A stretch of DNA of 64,000 nt, taken from the IMG/VR virus record IMGVR_UViG_3300032607_000125, positions 1 through 64,000 of that record; one strand, written 5' to 3'. The translations under genes were made by a program, and so were the position numbers. Shown piece after piece: positions 25,541-35,623 of this stretch (positions are counted from its first letter, which is position 1; each line of letters starts with the position of its first letter). The notes under the pieces were generated by a model. It ran no database searches. It had not been told where the DNA came from and saw only the letters and a list, made by a program, of their open reading frames with translations. Source of the stretch: a virus.

Positions 25541-28135
25541 ATGTCAACATCGCTACTTAAATTCTCTCTGAAGACTAATTTAGTTAAATCAGTCATATCA
25601 GAAATCGTATCAAATATTAGTCGCTACTATTATGTCTATGGGCACTCAGGTGCCTGGTCTGATGAAGCATCTCCAGATCAAGTTTCAGAATCATATGAAT
25701 ATGAAAATGAAACTAGAAATGAAATGATTCTATACAAACAAATAGATTCTAATGACATTGCCGCAGTTATAAATAGAGTTAACTGGGTTAGCGGTTATAC
25801 GTTTGACATGTACAATGAATATAGTAGCACTAACCCAGCATTCTCCGGAGCAACGTCTCTAGAGACTGCTGAGTTTTATTGTGTCACTGATGATTACAAC
25901 GTATACAAATGCCTATACAATAACAATAATAGTCCTTCTTCAGAAAGACCTATTGGCACTAACACTGAATTAATGGTAATGGATGATGGGTACATGTGGA
26001 AATACATGTACACTATTCCTCTATCTGTTCGTAATAAATTTTTAACGGCGACTACAATGCCAGTCGTAACAGCGTTATCAAATCAATTTTATTCAAAGGG
26101 TTCTATTGTTGCGTACAACATTGAGAATCCTGGTTCAAAATATCCAATAACATCATATAAGATTACTGGATTTAAAATCATAGATGGCGGTTCTGGATAT
26201 TCAACCGCACCAACTATTCAATTATCAAACCCAGACCAAGCAGGTGGTACTGGCGCTACAGTTTTAAGTGTCACTGTTAACGGCGGGCAGATTACTGCAG
26301 TAGCAATTAATTCACAAGGTTCCGGGTATTCATATCCTCCAATCGTTACTATATTAGGAACAGGATCGCGCACCGCCGTACTAGAACCAATTGTTGAAAG
26401 ACTTAGTAGTACTTATACGAATTTACTAGTAACTGGCGACGGATATTTAGAAGAAAACCCATATCAAGTTTCTGGAATAAACATAACAAATGGTGGTTCG
26501 GGTTATTCTTCAGTTCAATTTTTATTTAGATCTCCAGATCTTATAAATGGAGTTACTGCAGCGGCAAATGGAATTATCACAGACGTAGCATTAACTGGAT
26601 CTCTTGTTGCATCAACTAGTACTACTTTAGTAACAGGCGCTGGCACTAACTTCTTAACGACATTAGTTATAAACAGTGCAGTTAAAATAAATGGAACAGT
26701 GTATAGAGTAACTGCAGTAAATAGCAATACGTCAATCACTATTAATACTGCAATAAGTGTGACAGTTGGCACGCTTATATACAAAGCAGGCGTTGTCACT
26801 GGTATTATTTTAGGTGCTACGTCTAATGCTGGAACATTTATTTCAGGAAAACAATATACGATTGTTTCAACTGGAAGCACAGCATACACAAGCATTGGCG
26901 CTGCAAATAATAATCCTGGCACAATATTTACAGCAACTGGTCCTGGAACTGGAAGTGGTACCGCTGCATTAAAAGTATTAGTCACTGGATACGGGTATTC
27001 TAAACCATTTTCTTCAGTAACGCAAGATTCAAATGCTAGTAATATCGTATTGTCTAATGTAACTTCTATAGCTGGTCAAACTTCTTCTGGACTATCGTTT
27101 AACGTTATAACTCAAAAAAATGAAGCAGAGTTAATACCTCTAATTAACACGCAAGGTGAAATTGAAGGCGTGCAAATAACTAAGGCTGGCATTGGATATA
27201 CATTTGCAACAGTTAGCGTAATAACAAGTTTAGATAAAGCAAACACTAGTGGATTTGCAGAAGCAGCAATCTTACTAAGTTTTGGTATTGGTGATATAGA
27301 ATCACGCCAATCTACTGTTGAACTTACAGCTATCAGTGGTGCCATGCCAGTTATAGATTTAGCATATGCTGGATACGCCTATACTTCAGTGCCAACAGTC
27401 ACAATTATTGGTGATGGAACTGGTTGCACAGCAGTAGCTACATTAAATACTACAGGATCATTGGCTAATATTATAGTGAGTAATCCAGGTGTAAATTATA
27501 CTAAAGCAAGTGTTATGATCACTGGTGGCGGTGTTCCAAATGGAAGTACAAATCAAGCAAAAGCTAATGCAATTATAAGCCCTAAAGGTGGTCATGGCAG
27601 AGACGCAGTCGCTGAGTTATATTCTAAGACATTAGTTTTGCATGGAAATCTATCTAAAGAGCAAAATCAAGGATTTAATTCTACTAATAATTATCGTCAA
27701 ATTTGCATTGTAAAAAATCCTAAAATTTATAACGTGAATTCTAATTTAAGATCAGCTCTTGCATCTTCATGTATTACTGTTATTGGTAGTATCACACAAG
27801 TTGGTGTTAATCTTATAGTTAATGATGATATTTTGACGTATATTGATACTACTGCTACGCCAAATAAAGTGTATTCATTTAGAGTTATCGAGAAAAATGC
27901 AGCATATTCAACTACTGAGGCTGCGCTATTATTATCGTATCTTGATAACTTTATTCCACCTATAGGTGCTACACTAGTCAGATCTACTGGCACACCTACT
28001 GCGTTTAGCACTACTAATATATCGTATCCAAATGTTGATAAATATTCTGGTGAAGTGTTAACTATTGATAATAGAATTAGTTTTTCACCATCGACTGAGC
28101 AAATAGTAGTAGCACTCAACTCGATTACGTTCTAA
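25541..28135 (+). CDS. gp8: Baseplate wedge subunit with large beta-rich insertion
   Basis: NWVSGYTFDMY...FYCVTDDYNVYKCLYNN...DGYMWKYMYTI...PKGGHGRDAVAEL...YSGEVLTIDNR. Confidence 0.85.
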   Translation: MSTSLLKFSLKTNLVKSVISEIVSNISRYYYVYGHSGAWSDEASPDQVSESYEYENETRNEMILYKQIDSNDIAAVINRVNWVSGYTFDMYNEYSSTNPAFSGATSLETAEFYCVTDDYNVYKCLYNNNNSPSSERPIGTNTELMVMDDGYMWKYMYTIPLSVRNKFLTATTMPVVTALSNQFYSKGSIVAYNIENPGSKYPITSYKITGFKIIDGGSGYSTAPTIQLSNPDQAGGTGATVLSVTVNGGQITAVAINSQGSGYSYPPIVTILGTGSRTAVLEPIVERLSSTYTNLLVTGDGYLEENPYQVSGINITNGGSGYSSVQFLFRSPDLINGVTAAANGIITDVALTGSLVASTSTTLVTGAGTNFLTTLVINSAVKINGTVYRVTAVNSNTSITINTAISVTVGTLIYKAGVVTGIILGATSNAGTFISGKQYTIVSTGSTAYTSIGAANNNPGTIFTATGPGTGSGTAALKVLVTGYGYSKPFSSVTQDSNASNIVLSNVTSIAGQTSSGLSFNVITQKNEAELIPLINTQGEIEGVQITKAGIGYTFATVSVITSLDKANTSGFAEAAILLSFGIGDIESRQSTVELTAISGAMPVIDLAYAGYAYTSVPTVTIIGDGTGCTAVATLNTTGSLANIIVSNPGVNYTKASVMITGGGVPNGSTNQAKANAIISPKGGHGRDAVAELYSKTLVLHGNLSKEQNQGFNSTNNYRQICIVKNPKIYNVNSNLRSALASSCITVIGSITQVGVNLIVNDDILTYIDTTATPNKVYSFRVIEKNAAYSTTEAALLLSYLDNFIPPIGATLVRSTGTPTAFSTTNISYPNVDKYSGEVLTIDNRISFSPSTEQIVVALNSITF

Positions 28136-28204
28136 AAATTTAGATAAATATAACATATGCAGCAATCGCTGCTGTATGTAATCAATTTGCATGAGAGAAA
28201 ATAT

Positions 28205-31200
28205 ATGGCATTAGACTTAAATATTGAACCATTCTTCGACGACTATTCTGAAGATGATAAATTTTATAGAATTTTATTTCGTCCTGGATATGCAATTCAA
28301 GCCCGTGAACTTACTCAAATGCAGACTATTCTGCAACAACAGATTAAGCGCAATGGTGATCATTTATTTAAAAATGGTTCTATGGTTATCCCTGGTCAGA
28401 TATCGTATGACAATAATACTCCATATGTAAAACTAAAAGCTGCTATTTCTTCTAGTAGTTCTATTTCAACGTTCTCAGTTCTTTCTTCTGTTATTGGAAA
28501 AACCTATCGTGGCGCAACGTCAGGCGTAGAAGCTATTATACTTACAGCGGTTGCTTTAGAAGTTATTGCAGGCGTTACAGAAGCAGATACTATATTTGTA
28601 AAATATACAAGAGGTACTGGCAAATTTAGTTTTGGCGAAATCATTTCTCCAATTGATGGTTCATCTGGATTAGACTTAATTGTAGAAGACTCCACTACTG
28701 ATGCATTAGCATTGGGCATTGGTACAACAGCAAGTATTGAGCGTGGCATTTATTATATTAAAGACAATTTTGTATTAGTGACCGCGCAAACTACTGTACT
28801 ATCAAAGTATAGTTCTACTCCAAGTGTTAAAGCTGGATTACAAGTAATTGAAGAAATTAAATATCCAGAAGATGCTGGGTATGACATTCTATTAGATAAC
28901 GCATTAGGTTCTCCTAATTATGCAGCGCCAGGTGCAGCCCGATATTATATTGACTTAGTTCTTCAAGCAGTAGCGTATGATTTAGTAGTAGACCCATATG
29001 AATTTATCCCACTACTTACATTATTAAATGGTGCTGTTCAGTTTATGGTTGATAAGAGCGAATATGCTCAGATTGAAAGAACTCTTTCACGCAGAACATA
29101 TGACGAATCAGGTGATTACACTGTTCGCGCTTTCCCAATTCAAGTAAAAGAATATAGAAATAACTATAGACTTTGGGCTATTAATAATACATTCATTGTA
29201 GGCGATATTATAGTAGCAAATGCTACTACTTACAAATGTATTGTTAACCATACTTCTGCTGCGTCAGGCACATTTACAATTGGATCTAATTGGATTGAAG
29301 ATACAAGTCCAAGATATAATTATGGGTTATATACTGGAACTACATACACAACAAACACTGCTGCAGACATTTTACCAAATACTCTTTTGATGTCATTGGC
29401 AGTTGAGGCCGGAAAAGCGTATGTAAAAGGACACGAAGTTGAGAAAATTGCTACGCAATATTTAACAATTGATAAGGCGCGCTACACTTCTAATATTGAA
29501 ACTATTAGTCTAGATACAAGCCCAGGTAACTATATTGTAATTAACAATGTCAACTATATTCCAGATATTTCTACAGTCATAACATTCTATGATCGTTTTG
29601 GTACTGCTGGCACGATTCCAACTAGTGGCGTAGTAATAGCTACGGCCCGGGCAAAACAAATTCAATTACATTCTACTGGCAAGTATAAATTATTCTTGTT
29701 TGATATGCAAGTTACTGTTGGCAAGAACTTTTCTAGAGATGCAAAATTTGCATACTCAGCTACTGGCGCATCGGCTCCGGTAAGATTTAGTGCTCAAGTA
29801 GAACCATATCTAAATTCACTACCAGGTAATCTTGTAGCTGGCGCATCTAGTGCAACAGTCACAGCAGTTAATAGCACGTTTATAAATGACTTTAAGGTAG
29901 GTGATTACATCTCTATCAATGGAAGTAATAGACGTATTCTTACCGTTGACTCAAACAATAGTCTAACTGTAGATACTGCCATTGCAGTATTAGCAGTATC
30001 TACAAATGTTTATAGAGTTGAAGTAACATTGAACAATCCAAGTGCAGTTATTTCAATGTTTCCTATTCCAAGATACGCAATTCGCGCTACACAGAATTTG
30101 AAATACACATTCTATAAAAAAGCATTATCGCAAAGTCCTAGTGTTACTATCACTGAAACTGGATACACATTTGGTGCTTCTACTGATACTACTAATTATA
30201 TCGTAGTAGATAGAGCAACAGGCGTACACCAAAGTATAACTTCTGGTGCGCCGGCTGCTGGGCAGTTTAGAGTAGTTGTTAGTGGAAGTTCTGCTACATT
30301 TACAATGTCTACTGGAACTACATATGATATCATTTACGCAATTAGAAAAGTAATTGATGGTTCAGTGTCTAAACAAAAAGTCTTAACTAATATCACAGAA
30401 ACCGGTTTAACGGTAGTTTCTGGTAAAGTAATATTAACAAAATCAGATGGATTTGAAGTATTAAAAATTACTAACTCTGTTGGCGCAGACATTACATCAA
30501 GTTTTACGTTTAATGGTGGACAGACTGAAAGTTATTGTGGTCTAGCATCTATTTCAACTACAGCGACTATTACTGGAAATATTTCAGTGACATATAGTTA
30601 TCTAATCCATTTGGCTGGTGGAGACTATATTGCTGTTAATTCATACACAGCAGTTGGTTCTAATATTACGTACGAAGAACTTCCAGAACAGTTTATGAAT
30701 ACTGTTGACTTTCGCCCACGTAAAAATAATGATGGCACATGGGATGGTGCAGTAGTACCTAAATTTGGCGAACAAACTGATATTCAATATGACTACTATT
30801 ACGGTAGAGTCGATAAACTTTCAATCGATGTAAATGGCGAATTCATTATCACTAAAGGCATTCCTAGTGAAAGCCCAGTTGAAACTAAGTCGCCAGACAA
30901 TTCAATGGACTTATATAGATTCTATATAGAACCATATACATTCACTGCTGAATACGGTATTGCTAGTGAAAAAATCGAGAATAAACGATACACAATGCGC
31001 GACATTGGCCGATTAGAATCTAGAATTAAAAATCTAGAGTATTATACATCATTGTCTCTATTAGAACAAAACACAATCAATGCTAAGTCATATGATGCAT
31101 ATGGTATTGAGCGTCCTCAAAATGGATTCTTAGTTGATAGTTTTAATGGTCAAGGCGTTGGTGATGTAATCTCCAATGATTGGAAAGCATCTATTGATAG

Positions 31201-33778
31201 TACTTTACAAGAACTACGTCCATTTTATACAGCGCAACAAGTATCACTATTTGAAGATATTGGAACAGGACTAAGTAGAACTGGAAGAAACTATGACGTC
31301 AATGGTGATTTAGTAACATTAAAAATTCTTAGCACTACTCCACTTGTAAAACAATTAAGAGCTTCTCATTCGGAATCGGTTAATCCATTTGATGTATATA
31401 CATTTGCTGGAACTGTTGTTTTAAATCCATGGTCAGATACTTGGTTTGAAACAAAGCGTCGTCCAGATATCATCATTAATGACGATAGTCAATATGATGC
31501 AGTAGTCAATAAAGCAATCGCAGATGGTGTGTTAGGAACTGTATGGAATGCTCCTACTACTTTATGGTTTGGAGAGACTCTTATAAGTTCAACTTCTGAC
31601 ACAGCTAATCGTCAGAATGGAGTTGGCTTAAACTTTGATGCTAAATATGGCGTAGCAACTAGAAGAGATACTGCTTCTTATAACTTTAACTTTGGTTTAC
31701 GTACTGTTGTTACTAATACTATCGCAGTTAATTCTGGCGGTGTTCGTACAGGAACTACTAAGTTTATTGTAGAAAATACTGAAAATACAGTTATAAGTGA
31801 TAAGGTAGTATCTACTGAGATCATTCCTTATATGAGATCACGCAATATTTTGTTTAGAGGAGAAGCGTTCAAGCCAGAAACTGCAATGTATACATTCTTT
31901 GACGGTATAAACGTTGATCAGCACATTAAACCTGCTAAAAGAATTGAAGTTACTGGATATGGCGCGACGCTTACTCCTCCAACATTCTTACTAAATTCAA
32001 ATGTTGGATCTAACGTAAATGCTACTGCTAGAAAAGTAGTTGGACTTGTAGAAAGTTCATATTCATATGGAGAAGTTTTAAGTGAATATGTATCTGTGAA
32101 TGGTGCTGCAGGAACTACTACTGGAGTAACATGTATACTATTAGGCCAAGAAACTAGAGGTGCAAATTATCTTATGTATGTAGATAACATACTTGGTGGT
32201 AGTTTACATTCAGATTCTGGTTCAAACGTTTATTACTTAAGAGGCGAATTTACCACAGGAACTATTAAATATGTTTCAACTAGTACACTTAATAGATTAA
32301 ATCCAACAACATTAAGCACCACATTTAGTGGACAAATATTTGGAACGTTTAGTATTCCAAATGATGCAGCTATGAGTTTTAGAACTGGTGTAAGACAACT
32401 TAGATTTACAGATAGTTCTACTAACAATGTTAAGAATGAATTAACATATTCAGAACAATCATTTGAATCTCGTGGTACTATTGAGTGGATGGAAAAAACT
32501 ATTCTATCAACTAGAACTGCTCAAGTGGCATCTGCTCAAGTGTCAGAAACATGGACATTAAATACTACACGCCAAGCAGTCGGAAGTGACACTGGGTGGT
32601 ATGACCCATTAGCACAAACTTTCTTAGTCGATGTTCCTGGTGGAATCTTTGTGACAGACGTCGATTTATTCTTTGCAGCAACCGATCCAAATATTCCTAT
32701 TAAAGTTGAAATTAGAAACGTAGTCAATGGTTATCCTGGTCCAGTTATTGTTCCATTTAGTACTATAATTAAATACCCATCTGCGATTGCAGTTAATGCA
32801 ACTACTGGCGGTGCAGCAACTAATTTCAAATTTGTTTCTCCAATATATCTTCAAGCAAATACAGAATATTGTCTATGCATGTTTGCAGATTCTGCTAAAT
32901 ATAGATTATGGGTTGCGCAATCTGGAGAGATTGATGTAAACGGATCTGGTTTAATTACAGGTCAACCATATAATGGCGTGCTGTTTAAATCACAGAATGC
33001 TTCTACATGGACTGCAGATCAATCTCAAGATTTGAAGTTCCAATTGAATAGAGCAGTGTTTGACATAAACAACACTGCAACTCTAGATTTAGTAAATCAG
33101 CATACACCGAGTGATCTAAATTTTGATGTACTATTAGCAAATGCTAGTAATATTATTTTTACCAATACTGCAATTACAGCTCAGTATATTGATAGTGATG
33201 CGGTAAGCACTTCTATTAATCTTGGTGACAATACTTACTTTAACTCTCCTAAACTTATTAAATCTTCTGTAAACGAAGCAGGTACGTCTTCAATGAGAGT
33301 TAGAATGAATATGTCTTCTAGCGCAAGTAATGTTTCACCTGTAGTAGACTTAGGCAGATGTAATGCTACAATGATTAGCAATGTTATTGATAATATTGTT
33401 TCAGATAATGAAATATATCCTGAAGTTGGACTTGCTACTGCAAAATATGTTACTAAACAAATTAACTTAAATGATAGTGCAACTACTATTAGAGTTCTCT
33501 TTAGTGCATGTGTTCCTAACTTATCAAATACTGATGTAGATGTTTATTATAAAGTTGGTGATTCTTCTTCAAATACGTTTGATGATCAATTATTTACGCT
33601 AATGGCACCCACAAAAGCATATGTAAAAACACAAAATTCTAAATCATTCACTGAAGCAGAATATTTAATAGAAGATATTACGCCATTCACTACTATTAGA
33701 GTAAAACTAGTATTTAAGTCGGATAACACTTCACAAGTGCCAAGAGTTAAAGACTTAAGAGTATTGGCATATGCGTAA
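28205..33778 (+). CDS. Giant virion structural protein (DUF4815/VrlC-like)
   Basis: MALDLNIEPFFDDY...ILFRPGYAIQARELTQMQ...RRTYDESGDY...YDPLAQTF...PRVKDLRVLA; probable start 28205. Confidence 0.85.
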   Translation: MALDLNIEPFFDDYSEDDKFYRILFRPGYAIQARELTQMQTILQQQIKRNGDHLFKNGSMVIPGQISYDNNTPYVKLKAAISSSSSISTFSVLSSVIGKTYRGATSGVEAIILTAVALEVIAGVTEADTIFVKYTRGTGKFSFGEIISPIDGSSGLDLIVEDSTTDALALGIGTTASIERGIYYIKDNFVLVTAQTTVLSKYSSTPSVKAGLQVIEEIKYPEDAGYDILLDNALGSPNYAAPGAARYYIDLVLQAVAYDLVVDPYEFIPLLTLLNGAVQFMVDKSEYAQIERTLSRRTYDESGDYTVRAFPIQVKEYRNNYRLWAINNTFIVGDIIVANATTYKCIVNHTSAASGTFTIGSNWIEDTSPRYNYGLYTGTTYTTNTAADILPNTLLMSLAVEAGKAYVKGHEVEKIATQYLTIDKARYTSNIETISLDTSPGNYIVINNVNYIPDISTVITFYDRFGTAGTIPTSGVVIATARAKQIQLHSTGKYKLFLFDMQVTVGKNFSRDAKFAYSATGASAPVRFSAQVEPYLNSLPGNLVAGASSATVTAVNSTFINDFKVGDYISINGSNRRILTVDSNNSLTVDTAIAVLAVSTNVYRVEVTLNNPSAVISMFPIPRYAIRATQNLKYTFYKKALSQSPSVTITETGYTFGASTDTTNYIVVDRATGVHQSITSGAPAAGQFRVVVSGSSATFTMSTGTTYDIIYAIRKVIDGSVSKQKVLTNITETGLTVVSGKVILTKSDGFEVLKITNSVGADITSSFTFNGGQTESYCGLASISTTATITGNISVTYSYLIHLAGGDYIAVNSYTAVGSNITYEELPEQFMNTVDFRPRKNNDGTWDGAVVPKFGEQTDIQYDYYYGRVDKLSIDVNGEFIITKGIPSESPVETKSPDNSMDLYRFYIEPYTFTAEYGIASEKIENKRYTMRDIGRLESRIKNLEYYTSLSLLEQNTINAKSYDAYGIERPQNGFLVDSFNGQGVGDVISNDWKASIDSTLQELRPFYTAQQVSLFEDIGTGLSRTGRNYDVNGDLVTLKILSTTPLVKQLRASHSESVNPFDVYTFAGTVVLNPWSDTWFETKRRPDIIINDDSQYDAVVNKAIADGVLGTVWNAPTTLWFGETLISSTSDTANRQNGVGLNFDAKYGVATRRDTASYNFNFGLRTVVTNTIAVNSGGVRTGTTKFIVENTENTVISDKVVSTEIIPYMRSRNILFRGEAFKPETAMYTFFDGINVDQHIKPAKRIEVTGYGATLTPPTFLLNSNVGSNVNATARKVVGLVESSYSYGEVLSEYVSVNGAAGTTTGVTCILLGQETRGANYLMYVDNILGGSLHSDSGSNVYYLRGEFTTGTIKYVSTSTLNRLNPTTLSTTFSGQIFGTFSIPNDAAMSFRTGVRQLRFTDSSTNNVKNELTYSEQSFESRGTIEWMEKTILSTRTAQVASAQVSETWTLNTTRQAVGSDTGWYDPLAQTFLVDVPGGIFVTDVDLFFAATDPNIPIKVEIRNVVNGYPGPVIVPFSTIIKYPSAIAVNATTGGAATNFKFVSPIYLQANTEYCLCMFADSAKYRLWVAQSGEIDVNGSGLITGQPYNGVLFKSQNASTWTADQSQDLKFQLNRAVFDINNTATLDLVNQHTPSDLNFDVLLANASNIIFTNTAITAQYIDSDAVSTSINLGDNTYFNSPKLIKSSVNEAGTSSMRVRMNMSSSASNVSPVVDLGRCNATMISNVIDNIVSDNEIYPEVGLATAKYVTKQINLNDSATTIRVLFSACVPNLSNTDVDVYYKVGDSSSNTFDDQLFTLMAPTKAYVKTQNSKSFTEAEYLIEDITPFTTIRVKLVFKSDNTSQVPRVKDLRVLAYA

Positions 33779-33995
33779 TCAGGTTGTCATTGAAAATGAG
33801 ATTGGTATGACTAGAGATATGACTAGTCATGCCGTCTTGTGTGACGTTAAGCATAAAATATTAGACTATAACGCTAAAAGACAAGCGGCTGAACAGAGAG
33901 ATACTCTAATTAAGAATCATGAAGAACAGATAAATAGTCTAAAGAATGATATAAGCAGCATAAAAGATATGCTAACAGCTTTAATGCAAAGGTAG
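33771..33995 (+). CDS. Small coiled-coil protein following the DUF4815-like gene
   Basis: INSLKNDISSIKDMLTAL; overlaps the upstream stop. Confidence 0.7.
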   Translation: MRNQVVIENEIGMTRDMTSHAVLCDVKHKILDYNAKRQAAEQRDTLIKNHEEQINSLKNDISSIKDMLTALMQR

Positions 33996-33998
33996 AAA

Positions 33999-35588
33999 AT
34001 GGCACTAGTTTTTAGAACAGCACAGTCAACGCCGTTGACAAACGATCAATTAGATGGCAACTTCATATATTTGCGTGATCAGTTACTTTTAAAATATTTA
34101 ATTAGTGATTTTACCGCTGTAAATATTGCTGCGAAGCTAAACACTTTTGGCGCAGGTCAAAGTACTGCTATTCAACTTGCTGAAACAAATGCAATTAACG
34201 CTTGGACTATTAAGAACTTAGCGCCATCGAATACGCTTCCAGTGTCTACTGATAAATCTTCATTAGTCTCTAGAACTTCAACTGGTGATATTACGGTATC
34301 AACAGTATATGGCAATCTATCTGGAACAGCGTCGACTGCTACTTTAGCAACTAGTTCAATTAAACTGCAAACTGCTAGAACTATCAATAATGTTTCTTTT
34401 GATGGCACTACAGATATCACAATAGCAGATTCTACTAAGTTACCACTTAGTGGTGGAACTATGGGTGGAAAGATTGCGTTGCTTCCAGCAACAGCATTAT
34501 CTGCATCTCTTAATTTTGGAACTAGCACAATTACGCCAACAAATCCAATTAATGGAGATATGTGGGGCACTACGTCTGGTTTATTTTATAGAATCACTGG
34601 TACTATATACAAAATAGCACAGGTTGATAGTCCCACATTTACAGGTCTTGTGTCTGCTCCTGGATATACTGGTGTAGCAGATTCTGTCATAACGATAAGT
34701 CATCTTGACGCAGCTAAGACTGTTTTAAATGCATCAATTGCACTAAAATCTAATTTATCTAGTCCTACATTTACTGGCACACCAATAGCTCCAACAGCAT
34801 CTAATGGAACTAACACTGCACAATTAGCGACTACTGCGTTTGTCACTACGGCAGATATTAACAATGCAAATGCTTTAACACTAGCGTATCAAGCATATAC
34901 GACTAGTGCAGTTACTACTTTTAGTAACGCTAATAATATTGCACTAGCACTAAAATCTAATTTAGTAAGTCCTGAATTTACTGGAATTCCACGAGCTCCA
35001 ACTGCTGCAAATAACGACAATAGTACACAACTTGCCACTACGGCATTTGCTACTTCAGCTGCAGCATCAGTGCAACAGCAATTAAATGCCGCAATCATTT
35101 CATTAAACAATGCGATTGCGGCAACTAGACCAGTTCCAATTGGTGCAGTATTCTATATGTTAAAAGCAACTATACCTTATGGATACTTAGAAGCAAATGG
35201 GCAATCAGTATCTAGAACAACGTATTCTGACTTATGGAATTATCTTGGGCAACCAAATACTGGCAATGGAAGCACCACATTTAACGTTATCGATTTAAGA
35301 GCAGAATTTATTCGCGGGTGGGACAATGGCCGAGGTGTTGACACTAATCGGGTTCTTGGCTCATACCAAGAACCAATTAACTTAGCACATAATCATGGTA
35401 TGCCAGGTGACGATCAACTGTCTTACGCTAATGGCGCTGCAGGATGGGCAGCGACTAGTCGCGCCTCATTTCAATATGATGCAACATCGCGCTATGGCGG
35501 CGGTGCGCAAATTTGGAACACGACAACTGACGGCGGAAACGAATCTCGCCCCCGCAACATTGCTTTGATGCCTATCATCAAGTGGTAA
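33999..35588 (+). CDS. Tail fibre with collar domain
   Basis: SPTFTGTPxAPT repeats; collar PIGAVF...GYLEANGQSVSRTTYSDL...DLRAEFIRGWDNGRGVD; ends RPRNIALMPIIKW. Confidence 0.88.
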   Translation: MALVFRTAQSTPLTNDQLDGNFIYLRDQLLLKYLISDFTAVNIAAKLNTFGAGQSTAIQLAETNAINAWTIKNLAPSNTLPVSTDKSSLVSRTSTGDITVSTVYGNLSGTASTATLATSSIKLQTARTINNVSFDGTTDITIADSTKLPLSGGTMGGKIALLPATALSASLNFGTSTITPTNPINGDMWGTTSGLFYRITGTIYKIAQVDSPTFTGLVSAPGYTGVADSVITISHLDAAKTVLNASIALKSNLSSPTFTGTPIAPTASNGTNTAQLATTAFVTTADINNANALTLAYQAYTTSAVTTFSNANNIALALKSNLVSPEFTGIPRAPTAANNDNSTQLATTAFATSAAASVQQQLNAAIISLNNAIAATRPVPIGAVFYMLKATIPYGYLEANGQSVSRTTYSDLWNYLGQPNTGNGSTTFNVIDLRAEFIRGWDNGRGVDTNRVLGSYQEPINLAHNHGMPGDDQLSYANGAAGWAATSRASFQYDATSRYGGGAQIWNTTTDGGNESRPRNIALMPIIKW

Positions 35589-35623
35589 TAAATAAACAAA
35601 TACCGACTAAAAGGACAAAGTAA

